Virus record (IMG/VR): IMGVR_UViG_3300020577_011550
Coordinates: 13,792 to 77,791 of that record
Strand: one strand, 5' to 3'
From: a virus
Taxonomy: Duplodnaviria > Caudoviricetes
Length of the DNA stretch: 64,000 nt
Positions within the stretch are counted from its first letter, which is position 1. Every line of letters begins with the position of its first letter. The notes below the pieces were generated by a model that saw nothing but the letters and a program-made list of their open reading frames with translations, ran no database searches and was not told the origin of the DNA. Positions 55,215 through 64,000 of this stretch are shown piece after piece. The translations under genes were made by a program, and so were the position numbers.

Positions 55215-58147
55215 TAGGCTACATCCTCTAAGCTAAATACGGGATTGCCGCTGCCGTCCGTGATAAATGCGAACGACCCGCCGCCGACGGTGTAAACAAA
55301 TTGTTGATACTGCGCAGTCGCGCCTGTCGTGACATGGCCTTTTGCATCGACCGTGACTTTGCTGTAATCACCCGGGCTCACACCACTATTGTTGTGACTG
55401 ATGGTGGGTGTTGCGCCACCCGAAGATGCGATTGGCGCGGAGGCGCCGACACTCGTCACCGTGCCTGCGGACGCGCTTTGCACCTCCCAGTAGTAGCCGC
55501 CTTCACCATCACTCACCGAGACTGCTATTTGCCCTATCGCGGACGGGGTTGGTAAGTGGTAGCGCGGCACGTCTTCGCTAATATCCCGCGCATGCAGGGC
55601 GGCGGCGCTGCCGGTATCCCATGCTGACCGATCCCCTGCCAGCGCTGTGTCCGAGCTGCTCGGCGTAGTCTGGACGCCGTGCAGATTGAGTGCCGCGCTG
55701 CCAATTCCAGCGACATAAACATCACTACTGCTGATCGCGTAAACATCGATGTCGTTGACCGTGACGCCGGGTGTTCCTTCATCGGAAAAGGTCACGCGAA
55801 TAACGCCGTCTGGATCGCTCCGGTTCACGACCGGAAACATCACACCGTTGTAGGTCGCACTCACACTCTTGTCAAACACCGTCCGCACAAGTGCCCACGA
55901 GCCGCCGATTGAGCGCCGCCAGTGTTCGAGATCGCCACCTCTGACCGTGCTGGCATTCACCGCAAGATACGCGTCTACCGTGCCGTCGGCGTTCACGTAG
56001 ATATCGCCCATGTTGAACTGGTGGTTAGCCGTGGTGATCAGCTCAACCGATCCCCATGACGAACCGTCCCACTTGCGATAGGCGTGTTTCCAGACGCCGC
56101 TATCCTTCACGTTGTACACGATGTGCAGATTGTCAGCACTGTCCATAAATAGGCTGGGGTGATTCGTTTCGTAGGTGCTGTCTAATAACTGGCAGTGTGC
56201 AACCCATTCGCTCGTATCGGTCGTAGTGCCGAGATCAGTATCATCTATGCCCCCGTACCAGTGCCCATCGTTGAGGTCAAGATAGGCAATAAACAGGTAA
56301 CGCCGCTTATCGACGGGCGCATATTCGTAATAGCTCCACATGAGCCAGATGCGTTCGCGCGTCTCGTCATACGCTGGATTGCCGAAATAGATTGAAGCAT
56401 TCGCCGCGCCAGAGACATGCGACTGATGTTCCGTGCCGTAGCTTTCATCACTACGCACGTAGTAGTTTTGCAGGTATCCGCCGCTAAGCTTCGTGTAAAA
56501 CACAAAGATCGTACCATCGGCCAATTTGACCGCCGCGTGATAAGTAGTGTTCGCGCCAATGTTGGACTGATTTGTCCATGCACTGATGTCTTCAGCGCTG
56601 TTGGACTTTGAGTGGTACATGGGCAGTGCGGCGAACATGTTACCGCCAAAGAACACATGAATATACCCGCTGTCATCGACCATAACCGACGGTGATGAGT
56701 GGTCGTCAAAACTGCCAGGGTTGCTGCGCACAAGCACTGCACCCGCCCACGTCCGCGCGGCGTGGTCATATGCGTCGATGTACGTCCCGAATGATGCACC
56801 GAGCCACACGACGTAGGTCACGCCGTTGTAGGTGTAAGCGGAGGGGCTGATAATATTAGGGAAGACCGCCTGATTTGTCCCATTCGAGGCGAACATGACA
56901 GGTGTAAGTGAGCCGAGCTGCCCGTCAACGTCCGACCCGTCGCGCTGACCGCCGATTTGCGTGATCGTGCCACCTGTCGAATACGTACCAATACCCGTCC
57001 CAGTGCTGGCGGTCGCTGTGGCCTTGCATTCATAAAGCGTCAGCGTGCCGCCCGTCGCCTGTGCGCCGATGGCATCACCCGCACCACTGTTCGTGACGGA
57101 GATCGTCACCCCATAGGCGTGCGCCGTGCCGCTCGAATTCAAGAGCCCAATGAGCGCCGACGAACTGGACACCGAACGGATGATCGATAAATTCCGTACC
57201 ACCGTGCCATCGACCAGCGTGATTTGTCCGGTGAGGATTGTGGCTTCTCGCCCTGCCCCCACATATTCCACATCGGCGGCCAGCGCATGATCCCCCGTGA
57301 TCGTCGCGGGCGGAAGCAGCACTATATCCCCCGTCGCGGCGGCCGCAATTGCGCTTGTGAAGCCCGCACTATCGGCATCGAACGATTCAGGGGCTGAGCC
57401 ATCGGCATGATAGACGACAATCCCCGATGTTGTTGTGCCTGAACCCTCCTGCCATAAAATGAAGCGCGTATCGACGATGTACGAATCAAGCAGCGCCGTC
57501 ATGCCATTGACCAATTTAAGCGCGGCCACATCCTTCGTGCCTGTGGGGGCAGCCGGGATATTGGCTTCGAGTAGCGAAAGCGCGATCGACTGCGCTGTCC
57601 CCGACGTCAATGTGAACGTTTCGTCAGATGGATCGAAGCTCAGCGTGGTCCAGCCATGTTGATTTGAAGCGCCCGGCACTTCGCCAGAGATATCCAGCAC
57701 CGTGCCTGTAAACCAATGCCGCGCACCGCCAAACCAGTACCAGCCCGGTCCCACCTGCACAGTGAGCGCTGTTACACCCGGTGTCACGCGAAAACCGCTG
57801 ACAAGCCATGTATCAACCTCGAAGTACATGCCGCTCGCGCGTGAATGGGAATGGGTCGCAATACCCGGATTCCCACCATCGGCGCCGCCTGCCACACCGA
57901 GAATCACGAAGACCTGTTTACCGTCGCGGATCTCGGTCGTAAGTTTCACCGAGCGGTCGAAATCCGGCGCCACTGCATTGTTATGGTAGGCCGTGATATA
58001 ACGACCATCGTCCAGGCGCACGTTGTAGATCGCCGGGTCGCCCGTTTGAACTGATGCCACCCCACCGACGACATAGCCAAGTTTGCCATACAACGGTTCA
58101 GGACGCAGCGCGCCGCGAAAGGCGACTTCTAGAGCTTGAATAGACAT
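55214..58147 (-). CDS. tail spike / receptor-binding protein with BNR-like beta-propeller
   Basis: Beta-helix-like segment followed by DDHSSPSVMVDDSGYIHVFF (BNR_4-like); fibre-like C-terminus. Confidence 0.65.
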   Translation of the reverse strand: MSIQALEVAFRGALRPEPLYGKLGYVVGGVASVQTGDPAIYNVRLDDGRYITAYHNNAVAPDFDRSVKLTTEIRDGKQVFVILGVAGGADGGNPGIATHSHSRASGMYFEVDTWLVSGFRVTPGVTALTVQVGPGWYWFGGARHWFTGTVLDISGEVPGASNQHGWTTLSFDPSDETFTLTSGTAQSIALSLLEANIPAAPTGTKDVAALKLVNGMTALLDSYIVDTRFILWQEGSGTTTSGIVVYHADGSAPESFDADSAGFTSAIAAAATGDIVLLPPATITGDHALAADVEYVGAGREATILTGQITLVDGTVVRNLSIIRSVSSSSALIGLLNSSGTAHAYGVTISVTNSGAGDAIGAQATGGTLTLYECKATATASTGTGIGTYSTGGTITQIGGQRDGSDVDGQLGSLTPVMFASNGTNQAVFPNIISPSAYTYNGVTYVVWLGASFGTYIDAYDHAARTWAGAVLVRSNPGSFDDHSSPSVMVDDSGYIHVFFGGNMFAALPMYHSKSNSAEDISAWTNQSNIGANTTYHAAVKLADGTIFVFYTKLSGGYLQNYYVRSDESYGTEHQSHVSGAANASIYFGNPAYDETRERIWLMWSYYEYAPVDKRRYLFIAYLDLNDGHWYGGIDDTDLGTTTDTSEWVAHCQLLDSTYETNHPSLFMDSADNLHIVYNVKDSGVWKHAYRKWDGSSWGSVELITTANHQFNMGDIYVNADGTVDAYLAVNASTVRGGDLEHWRRSIGGSWALVRTVFDKSVSATYNGVMFPVVNRSDPDGVIRVTFSDEGTPGVTVNDIDVYAISSSDVYVAGIGSAALNLHGVQTTPSSSDTALAGDRSAWDTGSAAALHARDISEDVPRYHLPTPSAIGQIAVSVSDGEGGYYWEVQSASAGTVTSVGASAPIASSGGATPTISHNNSGVSPGDYSKVTVDAKGHVTTGATAQYQQFVYTVGGGSFAFITDGSGNPVFSLEDVA

Positions 58148-61100
58148 TTAGCCTCCGCAGATTCCGACAATCGTGCCGCCGCCGGGGATTTGATAGGCAT
58201 ACAGCTGCCACGCCCCCGATGCATATTTGAGCATCCCGATCCAGCCGGACGTGCCGATCAGGAACGCGAGATCGTGGCTGACGTAGTACACGCCACGCCA
58301 CGCCACAGAACCGGGCGTTACGAGAATGTTCCACGTCGGCGTGGGTGCTAAAGCGTTCCAGGTCTGGAACACGCCATGCTTGCCCTGCTGTGAGTTATAT
58401 CCGACGAGAATCGCTGCATTTGGATCATCATCCGCGACCGAGAACGCACGTTGTCCACCGCCGAGCGAGTAGCCGCCCACCCCGTAGAAATGGGAGCCAT
58501 CAGAAGGAGTGATATCGGTAGAGGTCGAAGCAATGATCCTGTACAGCTTCGCTTCAATCACGCTGCCAGTAAAATCCATGACCCCATGGAAAATGACATC
58601 ATTCCGCAAGAATGGCTTGACGATGCAGGCCACTGGATAATCGCCCGCAGCGCTCATGAGCAGCGCCCAGTTTGCGCCAGAATCTACGGTTCGCCAGAGA
58701 CTTACCCCCGGAGGTGAGCCGACTGTGTTGGCAGCACTAACCAGCGCTTCGCCCGTGCCATCGGGCAGCAACCACAGGCCCGGCTTCCAGGTCACGGCAT
58801 TGTTTGGGAGGTTCGTATCATAAGCCGTTGGCAGCCCCGATCCCGCTGACCACGAGCCACCGCCGTCAATGCTGCGATAGACGCGAGTGCCTGTGCTGTC
58901 CTTGTACAAAGCCACCAGCACAAAATCAGGGTTGCCGCGTTCCGTTTGCAGCTGCACCTGCGTCGCTCCCACCGAACCGCCTGCATAGCTGTACAGTGTG
59001 CCGAGCGCGGGCGTGCCGAAAATGTCGGTAATTGGACGTGCGCCAGAAGTGCCCGCCAAGTAACCATTCACATACCCGCTGCCAGCAAGGTAGAACGGCG
59101 AATCGGCGCGAACAGCGAATGCGTCTAGCGTGCCCCACGAACCACTGAGCGTTTGCGTATCCGTTTCCGGCGTCACCCCATTCGGCATTTGCCGCAGACC
59201 ATTAACGATGTGCAGCTTGCTCGCATTGTCGAAGCACGCGATCCGGTCGAGCAACCCGCTCAAGCCGTACTGCCCCATGAATGTTGGCCGCGGCGGCGGG
59301 TTATACGGTACATAGGGTTGACTGGTGACCGTGGCCGCGGGCGGGATATAGAACGAAATCCCCCCATTGCCCGTGGTCACGCCTTCGAGTGTCAGAGTGA
59401 TCTCTTCTGCGGGGCGGCGCGGCTCGTAGTTGTGCCGGATGCTTACCTTCTTCACGATAAAGAGGTCACCATTGAGCACCAGCCCGCGCAGGTTGCCGCG
59501 CGTATCCGTGATCGAGATCGGCTCATTCCAGCACGGTTCGATCACGTCGAGGTTGGGAATGAGTTTCACCCGCACCTGTTTACGCTGGTTGTTCTTGCGG
59601 GCGAAGTATTCCCCCGTCCAGCGGGCCAGCGTAGCTGCGGGAGTGGTGATCGGCAAAATCTGATACGGCGCGGTATCGCGGCTCTTGCCGGCATTGTGCG
59701 TGATCCCCGGCGCACGCGCCCCATAGAGGGCGTTCTTCTCGCCATCGGTGATCGTCGGGTCAAACGCTGCTCCATAGCCTACCACCTGCCCCGTGTCCTC
59801 AGTCTGTTCATCCGGGATCACGGGCGGGTCGTCCAGCGGCCACATGGCAGGCGTGAGGCCGAGCGTCGTTGACCGGGCCGCGCGCTCGTCGGCGGTCAGA
59901 AAGAAATAATCCGCTTTCATCCACAGCCCACTTTGCGAGTCACAGCCAATCGTCTGATAACCGCAGCGCTTCGCAATATCAACGAGCTGGGACCACACCG
60001 TGCCCGCTTTGGTGTTGAAGTTCTCGATCTCGTCGGTGAGGGCGGGCAAGAATACGTTCACGATGCTGGGCAGTGTGGTATAGGCGGTCAGCACGTAGTT
60101 GATCAAGCGTGATCCGGTAATGTGCTGCATCTCATACCACACGTCCGGCGTGTCCCCCGGATTAAGGATTGTCTGGGGGAAGCCGTAGACCGACTTCATC
60201 CAGTCCGCCGCGCCGCCCGCCGTGAGCGCGTACGTACCGCGCCGCTTGTGCTTCAGCGGAGTCGCATCGCTTAAGATCCACAGCAGCGCGCCGTGGCGAT
60301 ACTGGCGCGGCGGCGCGGCGGCTTCACGCCCAAAGGTAGTACTTTTCCAGTAGTAAATAGTCGAATTGCGCGGAAGCACGGTGGCCGCCGCGCTGCTGTC
60401 TGCGCCGTAAAACTCGAAGCGCATGGAGCGGCCGTCTTCGGTGTCATCCCCCGTCACTTTGAAATCGCTGAGCGGCGGATAGCTGTCATCGTGCGTCCAC
60501 AGCGGCAGGTACATATAGTGCCCTTTGCCGTTGCTGTCGCCGACGAGTAGGCGCACGTAGCGGAATCCTACCGGCACTTCGATGGTGATCTCGGTGCTGC
60601 TCAGTGTGCCGCTCACGAGGGTACAATCGCCAATATCCCACAGATACAGCGCGAAGGTTGCGCTATAAGCTCTAATCTGCGACGCCACTGCCGAGAGCGT
60701 CACCGTGCGGTAGGTTTCGCCCGCGTCCGCCCAATCGGCCAGCTTGACCAAATAATAGCCCTGCCCGTCGTCAGCAACCCCGGCGACAATGTTCGCTTTC
60801 GGCGGAATGGCCGCGTTCTGGTCAAGATAGATCTGGCTGTAATCGTGGTATTCCACGAAGTCGGTCGCAATGCCGGCAGCGTTTAACGTCTCGACGCGGC
60901 GCACGGGGATCAGCCACGGCAAGTGTTCATCGACGACGGTAATGTAGTCGTTGTCGTTGATGTCGATCATGCCCGGCGACGTTTCCTGCACCGCGATCTG
61001 CCCCATCGTGATGCCGCGGACGCGCAGTGACCCGCGCTCACGGCCGCCGGGCGTCGTTCCAATATCAATCGTCATGTTTGCCAGAATATCGAGATAATCG

Positions 61101-61282
61101 TCCCCTGGCGTCACATTGTCATAGAGAATATCGGTGATGCTGTTGGTACTGGCGTCGACGATGACCGCCCCATTGACCTGCGCGCGAAACACAGGCGTGC
61201 GCGGGACGGTCGAAATCAAGCGCGACTTCGTGCGCGCGGGCGCCGTTAAAACCGTCGTGAGTTCGCTGCCTGTGATCTCCAT
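58148..61282 (-). CDS. large tail protein with C-terminal BNR repeats
   Basis: 1044 aa after the distal-tail gene; RSIDGGGSW and RTVDSGANW Asp-box motifs. Confidence 0.65.
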   Translation of the reverse strand: MEITGSELTTVLTAPARTKSRLISTVPRTPVFRAQVNGAVIVDASTNSITDILYDNVTPGDDYLDILANMTIDIGTTPGGRERGSLRVRGITMGQIAVQETSPGMIDINDNDYITVVDEHLPWLIPVRRVETLNAAGIATDFVEYHDYSQIYLDQNAAIPPKANIVAGVADDGQGYYLVKLADWADAGETYRTVTLSAVASQIRAYSATFALYLWDIGDCTLVSGTLSSTEITIEVPVGFRYVRLLVGDSNGKGHYMYLPLWTHDDSYPPLSDFKVTGDDTEDGRSMRFEFYGADSSAAATVLPRNSTIYYWKSTTFGREAAAPPRQYRHGALLWILSDATPLKHKRRGTYALTAGGAADWMKSVYGFPQTILNPGDTPDVWYEMQHITGSRLINYVLTAYTTLPSIVNVFLPALTDEIENFNTKAGTVWSQLVDIAKRCGYQTIGCDSQSGLWMKADYFFLTADERAARSTTLGLTPAMWPLDDPPVIPDEQTEDTGQVVGYGAAFDPTITDGEKNALYGARAPGITHNAGKSRDTAPYQILPITTPAATLARWTGEYFARKNNQRKQVRVKLIPNLDVIEPCWNEPISITDTRGNLRGLVLNGDLFIVKKVSIRHNYEPRRPAEEITLTLEGVTTGNGGISFYIPPAATVTSQPYVPYNPPPRPTFMGQYGLSGLLDRIACFDNASKLHIVNGLRQMPNGVTPETDTQTLSGSWGTLDAFAVRADSPFYLAGSGYVNGYLAGTSGARPITDIFGTPALGTLYSYAGGSVGATQVQLQTERGNPDFVLVALYKDSTGTRVYRSIDGGGSWSAGSGLPTAYDTNLPNNAVTWKPGLWLLPDGTGEALVSAANTVGSPPGVSLWRTVDSGANWALLMSAAGDYPVACIVKPFLRNDVIFHGVMDFTGSVIEAKLYRIIASTSTDITPSDGSHFYGVGGYSLGGGQRAFSVADDDPNAAILVGYNSQQGKHGVFQTWNALAPTPTWNILVTPGSVAWRGVYYVSHDLAFLIGTSGWIGMLKYASGAWQLYAYQIPGGGTIVGICGG

Positions 61283-61692
61283 CAGGCAATTTCTTCCAAA
61301 TCAATGAATTCGAGACGCACGTCGTACCACTCGTCCATTTCCCAACGCCCTGATCCGCCGCTGCCTTTGCCGATCACGCGCAGGCTGAGCAGCGTGGCGT
61401 TAAAGGTCGTCCACGTGTCCGTGCCTTTATCCAGCGTGTAGATGGTGACGGACGTCCCAAAATTGTCTTTGAGGTATTGATACTCGGCGCGCGTCAGTCG
61501 ATAAAACACCCAGTTGACCGAGGGCAGCGTGAGCGGCACCATTTCGCGGTTGCCATTCATGACATATTGATCGGCATCGCTCCACTCGGTGAGCAGATCC
61601 CCGCGAAAATCGCGGAACAACGGCGGGCTGAGTTGCCACAAATATTGCAGTCCCGCCGCGTTGTCGTGAGCATCGGCGATCTTATTGTTCAT
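61282..61692 (-). CDS. minor tail protein (distal-tail position)
   Basis: Immediately follows the tape-measure gene. Confidence 0.55.
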   Translation of the reverse strand: MNNKIADAHDNAAGLQYLWQLSPPLFRDFRGDLLTEWSDADQYVMNGNREMVPLTLPSVNWVFYRLTRAEYQYLKDNFGTSVTIYTLDKGTDTWTTFNATLLSLRVIGKGSGGSGRWEMDEWYDVRLEFIDLEEIA

Positions 61693-64000
61693 CGCGAACC
61701 TTTCTGATGGTGTCGGCGACCTGCGTCGTCACCCGGTCACTCACGTCCTCTACCATGCCCTCGTAATCGAAAGGTTCGGAGGCGATGACGGTGATCGGTG
61801 CGGACACCTGCACCTGATATGAATTCCCGCCGCCCCATCCCCGGCGCTGCTGTTCTTCATTCAGGATGACTTCTCCGTTATGCGCGTACACCAGCCCGTC
61901 ACTCAGCAGCTGCGCCCCGCTGGCAGCCATCGGAATAGCCCGTGTTGCCGCGCCACCACCGGTCATTCCTATCCCATTCAGAGGCGTGTTGGGCGCACCA
62001 TATGCGCCCAGCCCCATCATCGAGCGGTACAAATCCGAGAAATATCGGACACCGTCATCGCGGATGCGTTGGAACACCGTGCTCACGGTTGTCTGGAACG
62101 ATTGGAACAACCCGGCCTCGACGAAGAACTGCGATTGCATCTCGACCAAGCGCCGCTGATTATCGGCCAGCTCCAGCGCCCGGCGGCGGTCAAAATCTTC
62201 CTGCTCGCGCTGCAGGCGGATTGAGCGGTCTTCATCTTCACGGGATAGCCGTTGCCAGAAATCGGCCTCACGTTCGGCCCGCTGTTCGGCGAACTGAACC
62301 CGCATATCGTTCAGCTGCTGCACCGCATCGCGCACGCGTTCGTCGCGCTGATCGCCTAAGGATTTCCTCTGCTCTTGCAGGTCAAGATCACGCTGCTTCT
62401 GTTTGAGCGCGTAATCCTCATTTTCTTTGCGCGTCTGCTCTTGTGCGTTCCGCACCGCGCGCACCGCTGCGACGCCATCACCATCGGCAATCGCGTCCAG
62501 AATGGCGAAATGCCCCTGCCGTTGGATATCCAGCAAACGGCGGTTATGTTCCTCAAATTCGCGTTCCCGATCTTTGAGGTCTTTCGTCAGCAGCTGCGCT
62601 TCCTCTTTGGCGGAATCCGTCTTGAGGGCTTCAATCGCGGCGATTTGCTGACGTTCGCGATCAAACTGCTGGCGCTGCAAGCGTTCGTTTTGCTTCTGCT
62701 CATCGGCCAGCGCGCGCATTCGCCCGCGGGAGAAATCTTCAGCCTCGCGGCCCACGCCAATCAGCCGTTCGTCATTGGCCTGTTTGATCTTCTGCGCATT
62801 CTCTTCGATAGCGTCAAGAATATCCTGCCACTTGGGTGACTTCGCGGCATTGAGCAACGCATCGCCGAGGGTGTTTCCACCCTGCCCAATAGCGTCAGCC
62901 CCTTCTTCCGCAGCCTCGCGGATCGGTGGCCAAAGGAAATTCATAACGCCGTTGAGAAAGTCCTGGCGCACGTTCTGGAAGGCGGTATCCAGCGCCGTGT
63001 TTTGGTCTTCGCTCAAGCCAACACTCTGCGGGCGAATGTCATTCCGCTCAAGACCGATTTGCGCGTTTAGCACTTTGATTTGGTCACTGATGGCGGTGGT
63101 GTCCTGTCCCAGTAGATTCAGTAATCCGCGCTGAAGCTGGAGAAAAGCCATTTGAATGATCATGCCACCTTCACGGAACACGCTGGCGAGAATGCCAAAG
63201 GCGTTATCAAACATCATCTTCGCCGCTACAAGTCCGCGAGCGAGCTGTGTAACCGCTTCTGCCCAGATCATGATGAGCTGCTTAATCCGGTCACCGATCA
63301 CAGCCATAGGATCTTCGCCGCTGTCCGAGCGCAGACGCTGATCCCCGATCCCGCGATCCGCCAACTGTTGAGCGATCCAGACGCCACCGATTGCGCCGCC
63401 TGCGAGAGCGCCAGCGCCTACACCAAGCGAAGTAAGCGTGCTCCCTGCCGCCGTCATGGAAACCATTTTGAGCGTTCGGTAAGCATCAATGGCCTGATTC
63501 AGCACCATGAGCAAAGGGGCAACGCCCGCGGTCATGACTGCGAACACGCCCGCGCTTTGTAACAGCAGCGGGTTCCCCTCGCGTAGATTGTCGATAAAGC
63601 GAGCCAAGCCCTCAGCCGCGGGGAGAACCGCATTCTCCAAGAACGGGGTAAACGCTGTGCTGGCAGCCTCGGTGACAGAGCTGCGAAGGCGTGAGAAAGC
63701 GTTCGCTCCACTGTCGCCCATTTGACGCAGCGCATCTTCTGTAACCCCGATTGAATCGAGGTATTCATTTAAAAGGCGAAGAATTTCCGCTTGGTCACCG
63801 CCTGCGGACGCCTTAATCGAGTTCACCACCGATCGACTGATATTGAACCGCTCGACGATGGAGGTGATATCGCCAGAAAGCATTTCACGAAGCGCAAAGC
63901 TCGCACCCTCAGCGCCTTCCGCTTGGTTCAGCAACCGCAACCGCTGCGAGGTCACTACCAGGTCACGCATCGACAGGTTGGTGCTGTTAATCGTTGCCAA
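61682..64000 (-). CDS. tail tape measure protein (partial, 5' end outside the window)
   Basis: Long helical region, TM-like segment, charged coiled coil and C-terminal AASGA...YAHNGEVIL motif. Confidence 0.8.
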   Translation of the reverse strand: MATINSTNLSMRDLVVTSQRLRLLNQAEGAEGASFALREMLSGDITSIVERFNISRSVVNSIKASAGGDQAEILRLLNEYLDSIGVTEDALRQMGDSGANAFSRLRSSVTEAASTAFTPFLENAVLPAAEGLARFIDNLREGNPLLLQSAGVFAVMTAGVAPLLMVLNQAIDAYRTLKMVSMTAAGSTLTSLGVGAGALAGGAIGGVWIAQQLADRGIGDQRLRSDSGEDPMAVIGDRIKQLIMIWAEAVTQLARGLVAAKMMFDNAFGILASVFREGGMIIQMAFLQLQRGLLNLLGQDTTAISDQIKVLNAQIGLERNDIRPQSVGLSEDQNTALDTAFQNVRQDFLNGVMNFLWPPIREAAEEGADAIGQGGNTLGDALLNAAKSPKWQDILDAIEENAQKIKQANDERLIGVGREAEDFSRGRMRALADEQKQNERLQRQQFDRERQQIAAIEALKTDSAKEEAQLLTKDLKDREREFEEHNRRLLDIQRQGHFAILDAIADGDGVAAVRAVRNAQEQTRKENEDYALKQKQRDLDLQEQRKSLGDQRDERVRDAVQQLNDMRVQFAEQRAEREADFWQRLSREDEDRSIRLQREQEDFDRRRALELADNQRRLVEMQSQFFVEAGLFQSFQTTVSTVFQRIRDDGVRYFSDLYRSMMGLGAYGAPNTPLNGIGMTGGGAATRAIPMAASGAQLLSDGLVYAHNGEVILNEEQQRRGWGGGNSYQVQVSAPITVIASEPFDYEGMVEDVSDRVTTQVADTIRKVRDEQ

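Noticed and set aside
1-64000. CRISPR array or cas genes
   Set aside because: No regularly spaced direct repeats were seen; TnpB is the only Cas12-related protein.

Overview
This 64-kb window is a GC-rich segment of a large temperate, probably plasmid-like phage: it has ParA/ParB and an XRE repressor, and no integrase is visible. A Chloroflexota-like host is inferred only from protein style. Layout: rightward accessory genes (1-6.2 kb); a candidate ~750-nt structured ncRNA and a solo tnpB (6.2-8.4 kb); a rightward DNA-metabolism operon (intein-containing SF1 helicase, RNase HI, SLOG, Dam-like MTase with nested HNH; 8.5-17.3 kb); a leftward repressor-PolX-ParA-ParB operon (17.3-22.3 kb); RecT-like, replication initiator and DnaB genes (23.5-28.7 kb); an E1/E2/ubiquitin-like PRTRC-type operon (28.7-33.0 kb); two further early operons (33.2-45 kb); a LexA-like gene; and a leftward lysis and tail module ending in a partial tape-measure gene (45.5-64 kb). 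Best candidates for new biology: (1) a ~70-nt sRNA carrying a 16S-type anti-Shine-Dalgarno sequence plus a GUGUGUG seed, colinearly complementary to the translation-initiation regions of early operons whose promoters share a palindromic operator; (2) an HNH gene overprinted inside a methyltransferase gene whose own frame stays open; (3) an HNH cassette that restores the lysin gene with a recoded duplicate N-terminus; (4) a GOLLD-like giant RNA with an embedded tRNA-like domain; (5) a phage-borne E1-E2-Ubl operon with two minimal KaiC/RecA-like ATPases and no JAB peptidase. All family calls come from motif recognition by eye; no database searches were run.
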